Counted from the stretch's first letter, positions 1 through 10,313 are shown. The stretch: DNA of 60,811 bases from Alphaproteobacteria bacterium (GCA_014238535.1 JABAAW010000004.1:1-60811); one strand, 5' to 3'. Numbers and translations are program-made. The notes: generated from the sequence alone by a model not told the origin.

Positions 1-93
1 TCCGTCATTTTTATCGTTTTGCCCTAAAACTCCGAGAAAGCGGAATATTAAGATTACCGCGATAACTCCAAAAATAACAACATCTAATGGCAT
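1..93 (-). CDS. Probable Tim44/TimA-family membrane adaptor protein, N-terminal fragment running off the window start
   Basis: Manual translation from ATG at 93: MPLDVVIFGVIAVILIFRFLGVLGQNDKNDG. A hydrophobic helix followed by an RFxGVLG segment resembles the N-terminus of alphaproteobacterial Tim44-domain proteins. Only 31 codons are visible. Confidence 0.45.
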   Translation of the reverse strand, partial: MPLDVVIFGVIAVILIFRFLGVLGQNDKNDG

Positions 94-228
94 GGTGAGT
101 GTGTAAGAACCGAATAAAGCACGAGATACGAAAGACCTATGTGAGAGCTACAAGCCACACAAAGAATGATCACTCATACTATGTGAGTTTGTTATAAAAG
201 GCAAGTGTTATAAAGGGGAGCAATTTAG

Positions 229-256
229 CCATAACTTTAGCTCCATAACTTTAGCT
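229..256. repeat. Exact 14-bp tandem duplication (ccataactttagct x2), intergenic
   Basis: Read directly from the sequence. Confidence 0.9.
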
Positions 257-382
257 ATAGATTGGCTAGCTAAAAAATCATAATGACAGAAACTCTTTGT
301 TATCCTATAGTAGAACGCTTACATATTCGGTGAAGATCGTTCGAGCAGTAAACCGACAAACTAAAAACGCATAGGAGAGCTC

Positions 383-550
383 ATGGCAAAACCCGCGCGC
401 GTGCAGGTGCGACTAGTTAGCGAAGAAGGCACGGGCTATTTTTACATTGCCCAAAAGAACCCGACCCAAAAGCCGGAAAAGATGTCGGTGCGTAAGTATG
501 ATGCGCGGGCGAGAAAGCATGTTCTCTTCCGCGAGCACAAGATGAAGTAG
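383..550 (+). CDS. rpmG: 50S ribosomal protein L33 (Cys-free type)
   Basis: Not in the ORF track (55 aa). Translation MAKPARVQVRLVSEEGTGYFYIAQKNPTQKPEKMSVRKYDARARKHVLFREHKMK shows the typical L33 motifs LVS..GTG.FY, KN, KYD and HVLF.E. AGGAG Shine-Dalgarno upstream. Confidence 0.95.
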   Translation: MAKPARVQVRLVSEEGTGYFYIAQKNPTQKPEKMSVRKYDARARKHVLFREHKMK

Positions 551-590
551 AGTTTCGGCTGCTAGAGAATAATTATAGAATTGATCTGCA

Positions 591-1241
591 TCAGGAATTT
601 TTATCGTCGGCGGTTTCTTCCAACGCTAGAGACAAGTTTTCGGTAGCGGTATTAGCTGCTTGTTCTGCTTTCTCGCGTGGCAAGTCGCTCGAGCCTGGTA
701 GAGATTCGAGGCTTGTAAGCCCGAAGTGATCTAGGAATGCTGTTGTTGTTGTCCAAGTCAGAGGTCTGCCTGGTATTTTTCGCCTAGTTCCTGGTGCGAT
801 CCATTTATGCTCGAGCAAATTTGCGAAGATACCGCGCGAGACGCTAACCCCGCGTAGCATTTCAATTTCAGGTCGTGTTATCGGCTGTTTATATGCGATG
901 ATAGCTAGAGTTTCGAGCGCTTGCCGAGAGAGACGACGTTTCTGCTTTCGATGCGTAGTCAAGACATGCGCGAGCGCGGGGTCTGTACGAAATGCCCATG
1001 CGGAGCCTCGTTGCACCAACTGAAATCCCCGATTCGTATAGAAACGAGACAGTTCCTCAAGCAATGATTCTACATCCTTGCTTTTAGGCAATAGCTCCTT
1101 CAAACGAGCAAGGGGAACGGGTTCTGGACTGGCAAAGATATATGCTTCTAGGCAACGCATGCGCTCATTGCGTAAAAGAGTTTCGTCTTCGTGCAAATTT
1201 TTTACAGACACTTCGTCTAAGTTATTGGAGGGGGTTGCCAC
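591..1241 (-). CDS. scpB: SMC-Scp complex subunit ScpB
   Basis: LEAYIFASPEP, LSRQALETLAIIAYKQPITRPEIEMLRGV, GRPLTWTTT..FLDHFGL..LESLP. Confidence 0.95.
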   Translation of the reverse strand: MATPSNNLDEVSVKNLHEDETLLRNERMRCLEAYIFASPEPVPLARLKELLPKSKDVESLLEELSRFYTNRGFQLVQRGSAWAFRTDPALAHVLTTHRKQKRRLSRQALETLAIIAYKQPITRPEIEMLRGVSVSRGIFANLLEHKWIAPGTRRKIPGRPLTWTTTTAFLDHFGLTSLESLPGSSDLPREKAEQAANTATENLSLALEETADDKNS

Positions 1242-1293
1242 TTGCTTGTATGATAAATGTTGTGAATCTAGCGATTATTATAGACTTCACAAA

Positions 1294-2175
1294 CTACTCG
1301 CTAGACTTGTTTTTAGCAGATTCTACCCTGTGCACGCTTGGCTGCATATCTGCTTTCGGTGCGAGTGTGCGAATTTGCAACGGACTATCGAAAGATGGCT
1401 GTGAGAGTTCAGCGTATGCTTTGGGGCTCATATTATAGTTTGTAAAATCTAGGGCTGCTGAAAAGAAGCTGGCGATTACAGACCTTATGAATAGTTTGCT
1501 ATCCTCCTCGCTTTCGGCTTGGCGCAATAGTTCGTCTGGAACGAGTGACAATAAATCACGCCACTGTGAAACGATTCGTGGCTTTAGCGTGTTTTTAGCT
1601 TGCTCTGATTCATAGATAGACAAGGGACGGATACGCAATTGTTTAGTTTTATATTCGCGGCGGCGCTCTATTTTTGCGTAGCTTTGTAGCAATTCGAATA
1701 GATTCGCTTCGACCTCCCATTCGACGAGCGTCGTTGGAGGAGAATTTTGCACTGAGGCGCCAGCAAAAATTTGTACACCTAGGCGCGGCGAGTCTCGCAA
1801 CAAACGCGCTATTTTACGAGCGCTCTCGAGCCATATTAGATTTTCACGCAAAGCCTCAGCGCTTTTTTCAGCCTCCTCCCCCTCGACATTATCGCGTGGC
1901 AGTAGCAAACGTGCTTTCATACGCGCCAAATGCACCGCCATCACTAGGTATTCCGCTTTGATGGCTAGATGTAACTTTTTTGCCCGCTCGATAAACTCTA
2001 GATATTGTTCGGCGAGGCTTTTGATAGATATATGCTGAAGATCGACCCGCTTCTGACGCGCCAAGCCTAGTAGCAAGTCTAGCGGTCCCTCATAACCGCC
2101 TAGAGCCAAGACGAGGCTATTGCCTGAGCTAGCCGCGCCTGCACTATGGACTTGCGTATTCGTATTATCTTCCAT
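1294..2175 (-). CDS. scpA: Segregation and condensation protein ScpA
   Basis: YEGPLDLLLGLAR.KRVDL..I.I..LAEQYLEFI and AEYLVMA..LA.MKARLLLP; adjacent to scpB. Confidence 0.93.
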   Translation of the reverse strand: MEDNTNTQVHSAGAASSGNSLVLALGGYEGPLDLLLGLARQKRVDLQHISIKSLAEQYLEFIERAKKLHLAIKAEYLVMAVHLARMKARLLLPRDNVEGEEAEKSAEALRENLIWLESARKIARLLRDSPRLGVQIFAGASVQNSPPTTLVEWEVEANLFELLQSYAKIERRREYKTKQLRIRPLSIYESEQAKNTLKPRIVSQWRDLLSLVPDELLRQAESEEDSKLFIRSVIASFFSAALDFTNYNMSPKAYAELSQPSFDSPLQIRTLAPKADMQPSVHRVESAKNKSSE

Positions 2176-2273
2176 GCTTTATAAGAACCAACAACAACTT
2201 GGCTAGATGCAGTTACGAGGTTGATATCGTTGAAAGGACTCTCGGCTATCAATTATGATTGGCAATATCATCT

Positions 2274-3374
2274 TTACACGGCTGTAGGGTCGAGGGCTGT
2301 AGAGCCCATCGCTGTAGCATGGCTTGGCGAGCCCTGCGTTTGCATCGCTAGCAGATAATTTTCGGCACATTGCCGTTCTTTCTGCGTGAATATTTTTTTA
2401 CGCTTGGCTGCAAGAGCGAGCGCATCGTTAAGCGTAGCCTCTGTATTTTCACGCACACCTAGCGATACCGCAGAGCAAGCCTCGCTTATTTCGCGCATAA
2501 TCGCTAGATTGAAGCCACAATATAGAGCAAGGTTGCATCCTGCGCGAATTGCGGCGATAGCCCTCTCTCCGAGATTTCCCTGCAATGACTTCATCGCTAA
2601 ATCATCCGATACGAGCAGCCCCCTAAAGCCAATATCTTCGCGCACTGCCTTTTGCAATGTTTCTTGCGAGATAGTAGCGGGTAGTGCGTTGTCGAACTCT
2701 CTATAGCAAACATGCGCGGTCATCATTATGGGCAAGTCTTTGAGTTTAGCAAAGCATGCGAAATCGCTTACGAGCAGTTGTTCTCGCGTTTGTTCGACGA
2801 TTGGCAAAGCTTTGTGGCTATCGCATTTAGCGCGCCCGTGCCCTGGCACATGCTTTACGATGGGCACTATTCCAGCATCCAGCAGCCCTTCGGCTTGTGC
2901 GCGAGCGAGCGAGGTAACATATTCGAGTGACTGCCCGAAGGCTCTAGTACCGACAACCTGATCGGCGTCTGGGCTAGGAAGGTCGGCGACGGGAGCGCAA
3001 TCGATGGTAATGCCAAGGTTTGCTAGTTCCTCCCCCATCAGCCGAGCGCTTTCTCTACAAGTACGCGTTGCTATAGAGGCTCCTTGTCGTTGCCAAAGTT
3101 CGCCAAAGGATTTTGCGGATGGGAAGCCGCGCCAATTTGGTGGGCGCAGGCGTTGGACGACTCCGCCCTCTTGGTCTATCAGAATGGCAGTATGCTCGCG
3201 TGGCTTGCCAGCCTCACTTACCGCGCGCAGTTCTGCCGTTAGCGCCTTCACCTGTTGAGGATTGTCGATATTTCGAGCAAACAAGATGAAACCGGCTGGA
3301 TTCACCTGTTGGAAAAACTCTCGTTCGCTCGCATTCAATCTGGTTGAGCGGCATCCGAAGATTATGGGAAGCAT
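2274..3374 (-). CDS. nagZ: Beta-N-acetylhexosaminidase (GH3)
   Basis: GFILFARN, IDQEGGVVQRL, KHVPGHG..CDSH (catalytic His loop), SDDLAM; conserved synteny. Confidence 0.93.
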   Translation of the reverse strand: MLPIIFGCRSTRLNASEREFFQQVNPAGFILFARNIDNPQQVKALTAELRAVSEAGKPREHTAILIDQEGGVVQRLRPPNWRGFPSAKSFGELWQRQGASIATRTCRESARLMGEELANLGITIDCAPVADLPSPDADQVVGTRAFGQSLEYVTSLARAQAEGLLDAGIVPIVKHVPGHGRAKCDSHKALPIVEQTREQLLVSDFACFAKLKDLPIMMTAHVCYREFDNALPATISQETLQKAVREDIGFRGLLVSDDLAMKSLQGNLGERAIAAIRAGCNLALYCGFNLAIMREISEACSAVSLGVRENTEATLNDALALAAKRKKIFTQKERQCAENYLLAMQTQGSPSHATAMGSTALDPTAV

Positions 3375-3390
3375 TGCTGTTTTTTTGTAA

Positions 3391-4335
3391 TTAATTAGTA
3401 ATCCGCTTGACGATACAGCTTTGTGATCTTTTCTGCAAAGTGCGGCACAGACTTACGGCATCCTTCTTCGCTTGAGGTCCCAACAGCAAACGCCATACTT
3501 GTTTTCCAGAACCTAGCGTCGCTCTCTTTGCGGAGTATTTTTGCGTATACAATAGTTCAGGCATTCGGTCGTGCAGACGAGTCCATGCGTTATCAACGGC
3601 AGCTTCAGATTCTAGAGCAGCGACCTGTACGTACCACGCGCCTTGTTTTTCGGGAGTAGTTTTTGCGGTAGTTTTTATCGATGCTTTTTGTTCCTCTTCC
3701 TCCAAGCTAGGTTTTGTTATTTGTGTATTTTCTTGCTCGAAGTCTGGCTCTGTAGCGAGTTCTGCTATATCTTGCGCCGACTCTCGCGAGCCGTTTGACG
3801 ACTCTCGCGAACCGTTTGCCGACTCTCGCGAGCCGTTTGACGACTCTCGCGAGGTATTTTCTGCCTCTGATTCTGCGCCTTCGGGTTCCTCTGCTGCTGG
3901 AGAGTTATCGGTAGAATCCTCGGGAGAACTCTCAGTAGAGCTCTCAGTAGCACTCTTTAGACTAATTGAACGACGAGGCGCTGGTTTTTGTTCTTGCCTT
4001 TTGACCGTTTCGACACCGCCGCGCAACATGCGAAATACGCCGACATCGCTGTTAGGTTCTGGCTTGACTTGCTCGCCGCTTGGTGCGGACTTTGTCGGTC
4101 CTTGCGCTTCGATAAGGATCGGTTGTCGCGGAGCGCTAGGAGAAAGCAGAATGCTGTATATGACGATTCCGCCAAAGGCTGCAAGGGAGATAAGCCCTGC
4201 GACCAATGCGATGAATCCGAAGCCTGAAGGCTCCTTACCATAGAATGCTTCGTCAGATTCTTGAGCCTGCAAATTTTGATATTGCGTCTCTTGCTCTTCG
4301 AGTTCATCAACTTGGGGAGGTGGATCGATTGCCAT
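3391..4335 (-). CDS. SPOR-domain membrane protein (N-terminal TM helix, acidic linker, C-terminal SPOR)
   Basis: TM segment GFIALVAGLISLAAFGGIVIYSILL; C-terminal WYVQVAAL...W.RL...VWRLLLGP...A.SLC.TL....SCIV; usual position between argS and nagZ. Confidence 0.85.
   Translation of the reverse strand: MAIDPPPQVDELEEQETQYQNLQAQESDEAFYGKEPSGFGFIALVAGLISLAAFGGIVIYSILLSPSAPRQPILIEAQGPTKSAPSGEQVKPEPNSDVGVFRMLRGGVETVKRQEQKPAPRRSISLKSATESSTESSPEDSTDNSPAAEEPEGAESEAENTSRESSNGSRESANGSRESSNGSRESAQDIAELATEPDFEQENTQITKPSLEEEEQKASIKTTAKTTPEKQGAWYVQVAALESEAAVDNAWTRLHDRMPELLYTQKYSAKRATLGSGKQVWRLLLGPQAKKDAVSLCRTLQKRSQSCIVKRITN
3778..3853. repeat. In-frame 21-bp tandem repeat, about 3.6 copies (SRESSNG/SRESANG), in the SPOR protein linker
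   Basis: Unit cgactctcgcgagccgtttga read directly. Confidence 0.9.
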
Positions 4336-4439
4336 AGCGCGTTTATCTTTTTAACTTATACCCTTATGTATCCTCTTTAGCCTACCTCTTGTAAATTATT
4401 TTTTATGTGAAGAGTGCTATTTCTTTTAGAGCATTCCAG

Positions 4440-6290
4440 CTAGTTCATTTCATTAGGAGCGTCGACACCGCAGATTTGCAAGCCTATAGCCAATACTATT
4501 TGTGCTGCTCGCACTAAAGCTAGACGCGCGCGAGTCGTAGCCTCGTCTTCGGAGTATATGATGCGCCGTGAGCGATCTTTATTACCCTCGTTCCACCAAG
4601 CGTGCAAGGCTGCTGCTAGTGCGATTAGGGCGAAGACGAGACGATGCGGTTCTAAGTTTTTCGTAGCATTGCCTAGCGTTCGTGGAAAGAGAGCTAGGTC
4701 GCGTATGAGCGCGCGTTCGGTTTTTTGTTCGAGTTTGCTAAAGTCTGCTTGCGCTAGGGAATCATCGCTATAAGCGTTGCTTTTTATTTCATCCCCCCCC
4801 TTCTGCTCCTGTTGCGTTTTTTGCGCCATCTTCAATACCGAGTGGCATCGCGCGTGGGCGTATTGCACATAGAAGACGGGATTATCGTGCGACTTTGCAA
4901 CAGCTGCATCTAGATCGAAGTCGAGCGGAGCGTCTGATTTCCGCGTTAGCATCAGAAAGCGCACGGCATCCTTGCCGACACGATCGATGAGAGTATTTAG
5001 GTCGAGGAAAGCCCCGCCGCGCTTTGACATTTTCATCGGCTTACCGCTTTCCATCAAGCGTACGATCTGGCAAGAGACGACTTTGAGCGTATGCGCTGGA
5101 ACTTCGTTGCTGTAATGGCATGCTAGCAGAGCTGCCTGCAAGCGTTGCGCGTGCCCTGAGTGATCGGCGCCGAAAATGTCAATCAGCAGTTCTGCGCCAC
5201 GCTTGATTTTGTCTACATGGTATGCGATATCGGAAGTGAAATAGGTAATTTTATCGTCTGCGGTTCGCAACACGCGATTTTCGTTATCGCCGAAGCGCTT
5301 TGTCTGCAACAGCAAATGCTCGCGTTCAGCTTCGTTTGCGTTAGTAGCATTTTGCTTGGTTTTTTGAATTTCTTGTGTTTTTTCCTTGCCCCTAGCTGCT
5401 TTAGGCGGAGGCATGCGCCCTAGTTTTGCGACTCCTTTCTGCTGCAGGATTTTGATTAAGTTTTCGATTTTACCACTCTGTAGCAGCGCGTTTTCTGATA
5501 CGAAATTCCCGCGAAAGTCTACGCCGAGTTTCTGCAGATCGTTACTTATTTGTTGCATCATATATGCGCGAGCGAATTCGAGAATAGGTTTAGACCACAC
5601 CTCGCTATTTTTTTGCAGCCACTTTTCGCCATCGCGAGCCTTTAGAGCCTGTGCGCAAACTATAAGATAGTCGCCCGGATAGAAGCCTTGAGGTATTGCG
5701 TTATTTTTTTCTGCTGCTTTTTTTTCGAACAGCTGGCAGTAACGCCAATGCAATGATTTAGCGAGCAGCGACATCTGTTCTCCGCGATCGTTTACATAGT
5801 ATTCGCGTAAGACTTTGTAACCGCGTTTTTCTAGTATATTTGCGAGCACATCTCCGACGACTGCGCCGCGCGTATGCCCTATATGCAGTGGTCCTGTTGG
5901 GTTTGCGGATACGAACTCGATATTTACGATTTTTTTTTGTGCGAGTTTCTGGCAACCATACTTGTGCTTTTGTTGCAAGATTGCGACTAGCACGGCTAGG
6001 CGAGCGTTGAGCGAAATTTCTATGTTGATGAAGCCTGGTTTAACGAGAGAGCAGTTATCGATGTATGGATTTTTTTGCAAGATTGCTTGAATGCGCTCGC
6101 CGAGTTTGAGCGGTGCTTGTTTTGCGCTTTGAGCGAGTATCAGCGCGGCGTTTGTTGCTAGGTCGTTATTGAAATTGCTTGGCGCTGCGTCGAGCGAGAT
6201 GCGCTCGCAGTCTTCGCGCGCGAGATTGAGCGATTTATCGGCGATGATGCCTGCGATTAGATTTTCGCGAATGGTTTCTACTAGGTTCAA
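4440..6290 (-). CDS. argS: Arginine--tRNA ligase
   Basis: NIEFVSANPTGPLHIGH (HIGH), KMSKR (KMSKS-like), NPVFYVQYAHAR. Confidence 0.97.
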   Translation of the reverse strand: MNLVETIRENLIAGIIADKSLNLAREDCERISLDAAPSNFNNDLATNAALILAQSAKQAPLKLGERIQAILQKNPYIDNCSLVKPGFINIEISLNARLAVLVAILQQKHKYGCQKLAQKKIVNIEFVSANPTGPLHIGHTRGAVVGDVLANILEKRGYKVLREYYVNDRGEQMSLLAKSLHWRYCQLFEKKAAEKNNAIPQGFYPGDYLIVCAQALKARDGEKWLQKNSEVWSKPILEFARAYMMQQISNDLQKLGVDFRGNFVSENALLQSGKIENLIKILQQKGVAKLGRMPPPKAARGKEKTQEIQKTKQNATNANEAEREHLLLQTKRFGDNENRVLRTADDKITYFTSDIAYHVDKIKRGAELLIDIFGADHSGHAQRLQAALLACHYSNEVPAHTLKVVSCQIVRLMESGKPMKMSKRGGAFLDLNTLIDRVGKDAVRFLMLTRKSDAPLDFDLDAAVAKSHDNPVFYVQYAHARCHSVLKMAQKTQQEQKGGDEIKSNAYSDDSLAQADFSKLEQKTERALIRDLALFPRTLGNATKNLEPHRLVFALIALAAALHAWWNEGNKDRSRRIIYSEDEATTRARLALVRAAQIVLAIGLQICGVDAPNEMN

Positions 6291-6343
6291 GGAGCGTGTT
6301 AGTTTTATGCTTTGCAGTTACGACACACCTTACTATTTTGTTG

Positions 6344-7525
6344 CTAGTTTTTGCTTGCCTTTAATTTTTCAGCAAGGCGCGTTGCGAAGTTATCAGTCAT
6401 ACCTGCGATATAGTCTGCTAGCACGCGCCTTTTTTTATTTTTATGCGGAGTGCTTATATATAGTTCTCTCGACTTTCTATCCCAATGATGCATATTTTCA
6501 GGTTGTGATAGCGTTGTGAAAAGGCATTTAATGATCTCTTGAGCCTTCACTCTCTCACTTTCAACTTCAGTACGCTCGTAAAGATGCTTATGTAAAAAAA
6601 ATTTTAATTTTTTGTTTTTTTCATCTTGCTCGCGCGAAAAACTGACGCATTCGTTGGTAAAGGAATCATCTTCCATTTGTTGTATTGTTGTTGTGATTAT
6701 ATCCTCGACGCTTACACTGATTAGATCTGAAATGAGCCTGCGCTCGTGCCGCAAGTCGTTAAGTCTTTTAGAGTTATTGATAGCATCGTATCTCTCCTTT
6801 ATATGCGGCACAGAATCGCAAACTTGCTCGAGCGTTATTAGTTCGGCGCGTAAGCCGTCCTCTAGATCGTGATGGTTATATGCGATTTCATCGGCGATAC
6901 AAGCGCACTGCGCCTCTAGGCTCGCGGGCTTGGAGAAATCGAAACTTGGCATAATTTTTTTTATAATCGGAAAAAAGCACGATAGTTTTTTCTCATCATC
7001 TTTTTCATCACGCTCTACGACGCCGTGGTGCTTCAGCAAACCTTCCAATGTTGCGGCGGTTAGATTCAAGCCATCGAAGTTGTGTCCTATGAGTTCTAGT
7101 TTAGTTACGATTCGCAAGGTCTGCACATTATGGTCGAATCCGCTAGGGTTCTCTCCGTCTTTGCGCATGAGATTATGTAGCTGCTCCTCGCCTGCGTGCC
7201 CGAAAGGCGGGTGCCCGAGATCGTGGGCTAGGGCAATTGCTTCGCTCAAGTCTTCATCTACACCAATCGCACGAGCAATTGACCGTGCGATCACGGCCAC
7301 CTCTAGCGTATGCGTCAACCTAGTGCGGAAGTGATCGCCTTTAGGGCGGATAAAGACCTGCGTTTTATGCATCAACCTGCGAAAAGCGCGCGAGTATATG
7401 ATACGATCTCGGTCCTTCTGAAAAGCCCCACGCCAGCGAGAACTACTCTTGCCCTCTTCGTACTGCCTATTGCTATGCGGCGATTCGGCGCGAGTAATAT
7501 ATTTATTAGATATTTCTTTCTTCAC
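6344..7525 (-). CDS. dgt: Deoxyguanosinetriphosphate triphosphohydrolase (HD family)
   Basis: FQKDRDRIIYSRAFRRLMHKTQVF, RTRLTHTLEV, HDLGHPPFGHAGE, DYIAGMTD. Confidence 0.95.
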   Translation of the reverse strand: MKKEISNKYITRAESPHSNRQYEEGKSSSRWRGAFQKDRDRIIYSRAFRRLMHKTQVFIRPKGDHFRTRLTHTLEVAVIARSIARAIGVDEDLSEAIALAHDLGHPPFGHAGEEQLHNLMRKDGENPSGFDHNVQTLRIVTKLELIGHNFDGLNLTAATLEGLLKHHGVVERDEKDDEKKLSCFFPIIKKIMPSFDFSKPASLEAQCACIADEIAYNHHDLEDGLRAELITLEQVCDSVPHIKERYDAINNSKRLNDLRHERRLISDLISVSVEDIITTTIQQMEDDSFTNECVSFSREQDEKNKKLKFFLHKHLYERTEVESERVKAQEIIKCLFTTLSQPENMHHWDRKSRELYISTPHKNKKRRVLADYIAGMTDNFATRLAEKLKASKN

Positions 7526-7535
7526 GATATTACAT

Positions 7536-10313
7536 CTATGTAGTGGGCATCAGGGTTGAGGCGTCGGCTTTCTCCCTCGAGGCGCGCCGTACCTCCATAG
7601 CCATCTCGTTATGGTTGACGAAAATTCCTCCGACGATTTGATTTTTATTATTTATTAAGATATTCCACCACTTATCGTCCTTGACGGCTTTACGATTTAA
7701 AGCACGATCGCTTGGCAACGGGTCGATTCGCCCAAAGGAGACCAAGTTGAAATTCGGCACTTTCAGAATATATGGAGTATTGTATATGTCTGCGTCGATA
7801 TTTTTGTTGAATCCCAGCATATTATGAGCGGCGATTCGCCCCATCTCCAAGCCTATTCCCCATAGCCCGCTGGTTGTAGCTTGCTCCCACCTTGCGCAAT
7901 CCCCGACGGCGTATATATTTTTTTGCGAGGTTTGCATGTTAGCAGTTACGGCTATTGCGCCTTTTTCTATCATCAATCCTGCTTCTTGCGCTATGCGAAT
8001 TTGCGGAATTACGCCGATTGAGAAGACACAAATATCTGTTGCGAGCGGAGGTTTATCCCTGAGTATGACTTCAGATATGCCGCTTTCGTTGTCGGTTATT
8101 TGTATCACATCTTCCTGTAGAATAACCTCGATGCCATTTTTTACTAGGAATCGATGAAGAAGCCTAGCGGCTGTCATATCGGCATGTCGATTGACCAGTT
8201 TTGTAGAGCGATGGACGAGCGCTACTTGCAGCCCCATACTTTTCAGAGCTAGAGCTGTTTCGACACCTTGCAACCCGCCGCCGACGACGACGGCTCTACG
8301 CGCTTCGCGTTCTTGTGCCCACTTGCGCACTGCTATTGCCTCGTCGGCACTACGCATAGTGAAAACTCCGCCTATGTGTTCGAATGGTGGCGCGAGCGCC
8401 TGCGAGCCCAAAGCCAATATGAGATGATCGTATGGGAGTCGCTGTCCTGTTGACAACAATACATTCTTAGATTTTAACTCTAAGCGCGAGGCAAAAGTAT
8501 TTAGCCAAAGGTCGACTTTATTTTTATCGAACCAGTCTTCTTTCAACAAGAACAACGATTGCATACCGCTACGCCCATAGATAAGACGCCCTAGACCCAT
8601 ACGATTATAAAAATTATACGGCTCGGCGGAGACTTGTGAGATTTTACAATATGGGCTCAACATGCGCGTGAATTGCACGGCACTAGAGCCAGCGACCCCA
8701 TTGCCAATGACGACTACTTTTATATTTTTGTTAGAGTCTTGTGCGCGACTGCTTGGCGTTGCGGTATTTGCATCGATATGCCCTAATGAAAAAGACTCGC
8801 TAGTAGAGGTTGCTTTAGTTGGCAGACTTTTCGCCCTGCTATGCGAGAGGTCTAGACTTATCTCGACGCTGCCGCGCACCTTCATCATGCAAGCCATGCG
8901 CGCTTTACCTAATAGCCCTAGTCGTATCAGCGTATTGCGTTCTTCGTTGCCGACTGGCTCGACATTATCCACGCCCTCGAGAATTGCAATCGGGTCAGAG
9001 CCACATATTCCCATATGACAGCCGCTCTCTATGGGGATATTTGTCTCTTCCATAGGTTCCAAGATTGGATGACCTGCTTTTGCAAAAAAACTTATTCGCG
9101 ATTGATTCTCGAATATTTTGAACTTACCTGTTGCTTTATTAGTAGCTAATGATTTTTGCAAACCTGAGAGGTTACCGACCAAGATGCTATTTCCTTTTTT
9201 CTTCAGCCAATTGAATCGAGCTTCCTGCGACAACGCGATAGCGCCGCAAGCGACTAATAGTAAAAGCATGGTGAAGCGTATGGGTTGCTCGTATCCGACT
9301 AATGCTTCGCCAAAAACTGCTAAGTTTTCACCAACGCTCGCAAAGATAGGCGATAGTTTCCCGATACCGCCCATGAATGCCTCGCTATCTTGCGCGAGTT
9401 CTAGGCGAATATCAGCCAGACTTGCCAGCGAGGACGATAGAATGGGTATAGAAAACCAGTAGAAAATCCCTAAGCAAGTATATATCGACGATAACGCGAG
9501 ACGGTAGTTGCTTATGGGAAGGTATGCCAAGAGTAAAAAATACCCACCACCTGAGAGCAGTAGCATAGATGAGAACATACGGAAGTAGTTTGCTATATCG
9601 TCTTCGGCAAGACCACGATAGGAAAAGAAACCGAATATCAGCCCTGGTAGCAATCCTAAGAATGCGTGTCGGTGCAATGCGTAGCGTTTGTTACCATCGT
9701 TTATATCTTCGAGCAATGATGGTCGAGGGTTGAAATCGTAGCAGTTTTTCTGACAACCCACACAAGGGTTGCAAAAGCTATTCGGCACGACCATCATCGG
9801 TGCTTGCCCGTAGACTTTTTGTAATGGAGCAAGAGGGCAAAAAGTTCCACACCAACCGCTTTTGCCATTAAATAAAATACCGCCTAGCAACGCTAGCCCA
9901 GCGAAGGTAGCCAGCAAGATTAGCAACGCTTGGTTACTCGGCTCGAACAGAACTGGACGCAAGACGATTATCAGCACGAATACAATTCCAGCAAAGGCAA
10001 AAGCGCTAAGCTTTAAGACTCTCGGCAGTTTCCATTGTAGCGATAGGCGTAATGTTTGTGGCAGCTGGTTTATAGCTGCGAGCGGACAAAGGTTGCGCCA
10101 CAATCCGGGCGCGACAATAAGAAGCAACGGCAAAGAGGGAACAGCCACCCCCCACAAAAGATTTTTAGCCCAAGTATGATCTAGCGACAAGCAAGCGAGT
10201 ATGAAGACGATGCTAGTAATACTTATTACTCGCAGGAATAGCCACAGCCAAGACGGAATAATTCGGCGTGCTTGCCTGTAGTTGACAAAAGGACTTTGGA
10301 TAAAAAACGGCAT
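7536..10313 (-). CDS. Multidomain membrane Fe-S protein / [2Fe-2S] ferredoxin / FAD-dependent NAD(P)H oxidoreductase fusion, function unknown
   Basis: N-terminal TM helices with C76-P, C155xxxC159-P and C181xxC184xxC187xxxC191; central C432-x4-C437-x2-D440...C475; C-terminal Rossmann motifs VIGNGVAG and VVGGGLQGVE plus YAVGDC, like the NirB N-terminal or rubredoxin-reductase flavoproteins. Confidence 0.8.
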   Translation of the reverse strand: MPFFIQSPFVNYRQARRIIPSWLWLFLRVISITSIVFILACLSLDHTWAKNLLWGVAVPSLPLLLIVAPGLWRNLCPLAAINQLPQTLRLSLQWKLPRVLKLSAFAFAGIVFVLIIVLRPVLFEPSNQALLILLATFAGLALLGGILFNGKSGWCGTFCPLAPLQKVYGQAPMMVVPNSFCNPCVGCQKNCYDFNPRPSLLEDINDGNKRYALHRHAFLGLLPGLIFGFFSYRGLAEDDIANYFRMFSSMLLLSGGGYFLLLAYLPISNYRLALSSIYTCLGIFYWFSIPILSSSLASLADIRLELAQDSEAFMGGIGKLSPIFASVGENLAVFGEALVGYEQPIRFTMLLLLVACGAIALSQEARFNWLKKKGNSILVGNLSGLQKSLATNKATGKFKIFENQSRISFFAKAGHPILEPMEETNIPIESGCHMGICGSDPIAILEGVDNVEPVGNEERNTLIRLGLLGKARMACMMKVRGSVEISLDLSHSRAKSLPTKATSTSESFSLGHIDANTATPSSRAQDSNKNIKVVVIGNGVAGSSAVQFTRMLSPYCKISQVSAEPYNFYNRMGLGRLIYGRSGMQSLFLLKEDWFDKNKVDLWLNTFASRLELKSKNVLLSTGQRLPYDHLILALGSQALAPPFEHIGGVFTMRSADEAIAVRKWAQEREARRAVVVGGGLQGVETALALKSMGLQVALVHRSTKLVNRHADMTAARLLHRFLVKNGIEVILQEDVIQITDNESGISEVILRDKPPLATDICVFSIGVIPQIRIAQEAGLMIEKGAIAVTANMQTSQKNIYAVGDCARWEQATTSGLWGIGLEMGRIAAHNMLGFNKNIDADIYNTPYILKVPNFNLVSFGRIDPLPSDRALNRKAVKDDKWWNILINNKNQIVGGIFVNHNEMAMEVRRASREKADASTLMPTT

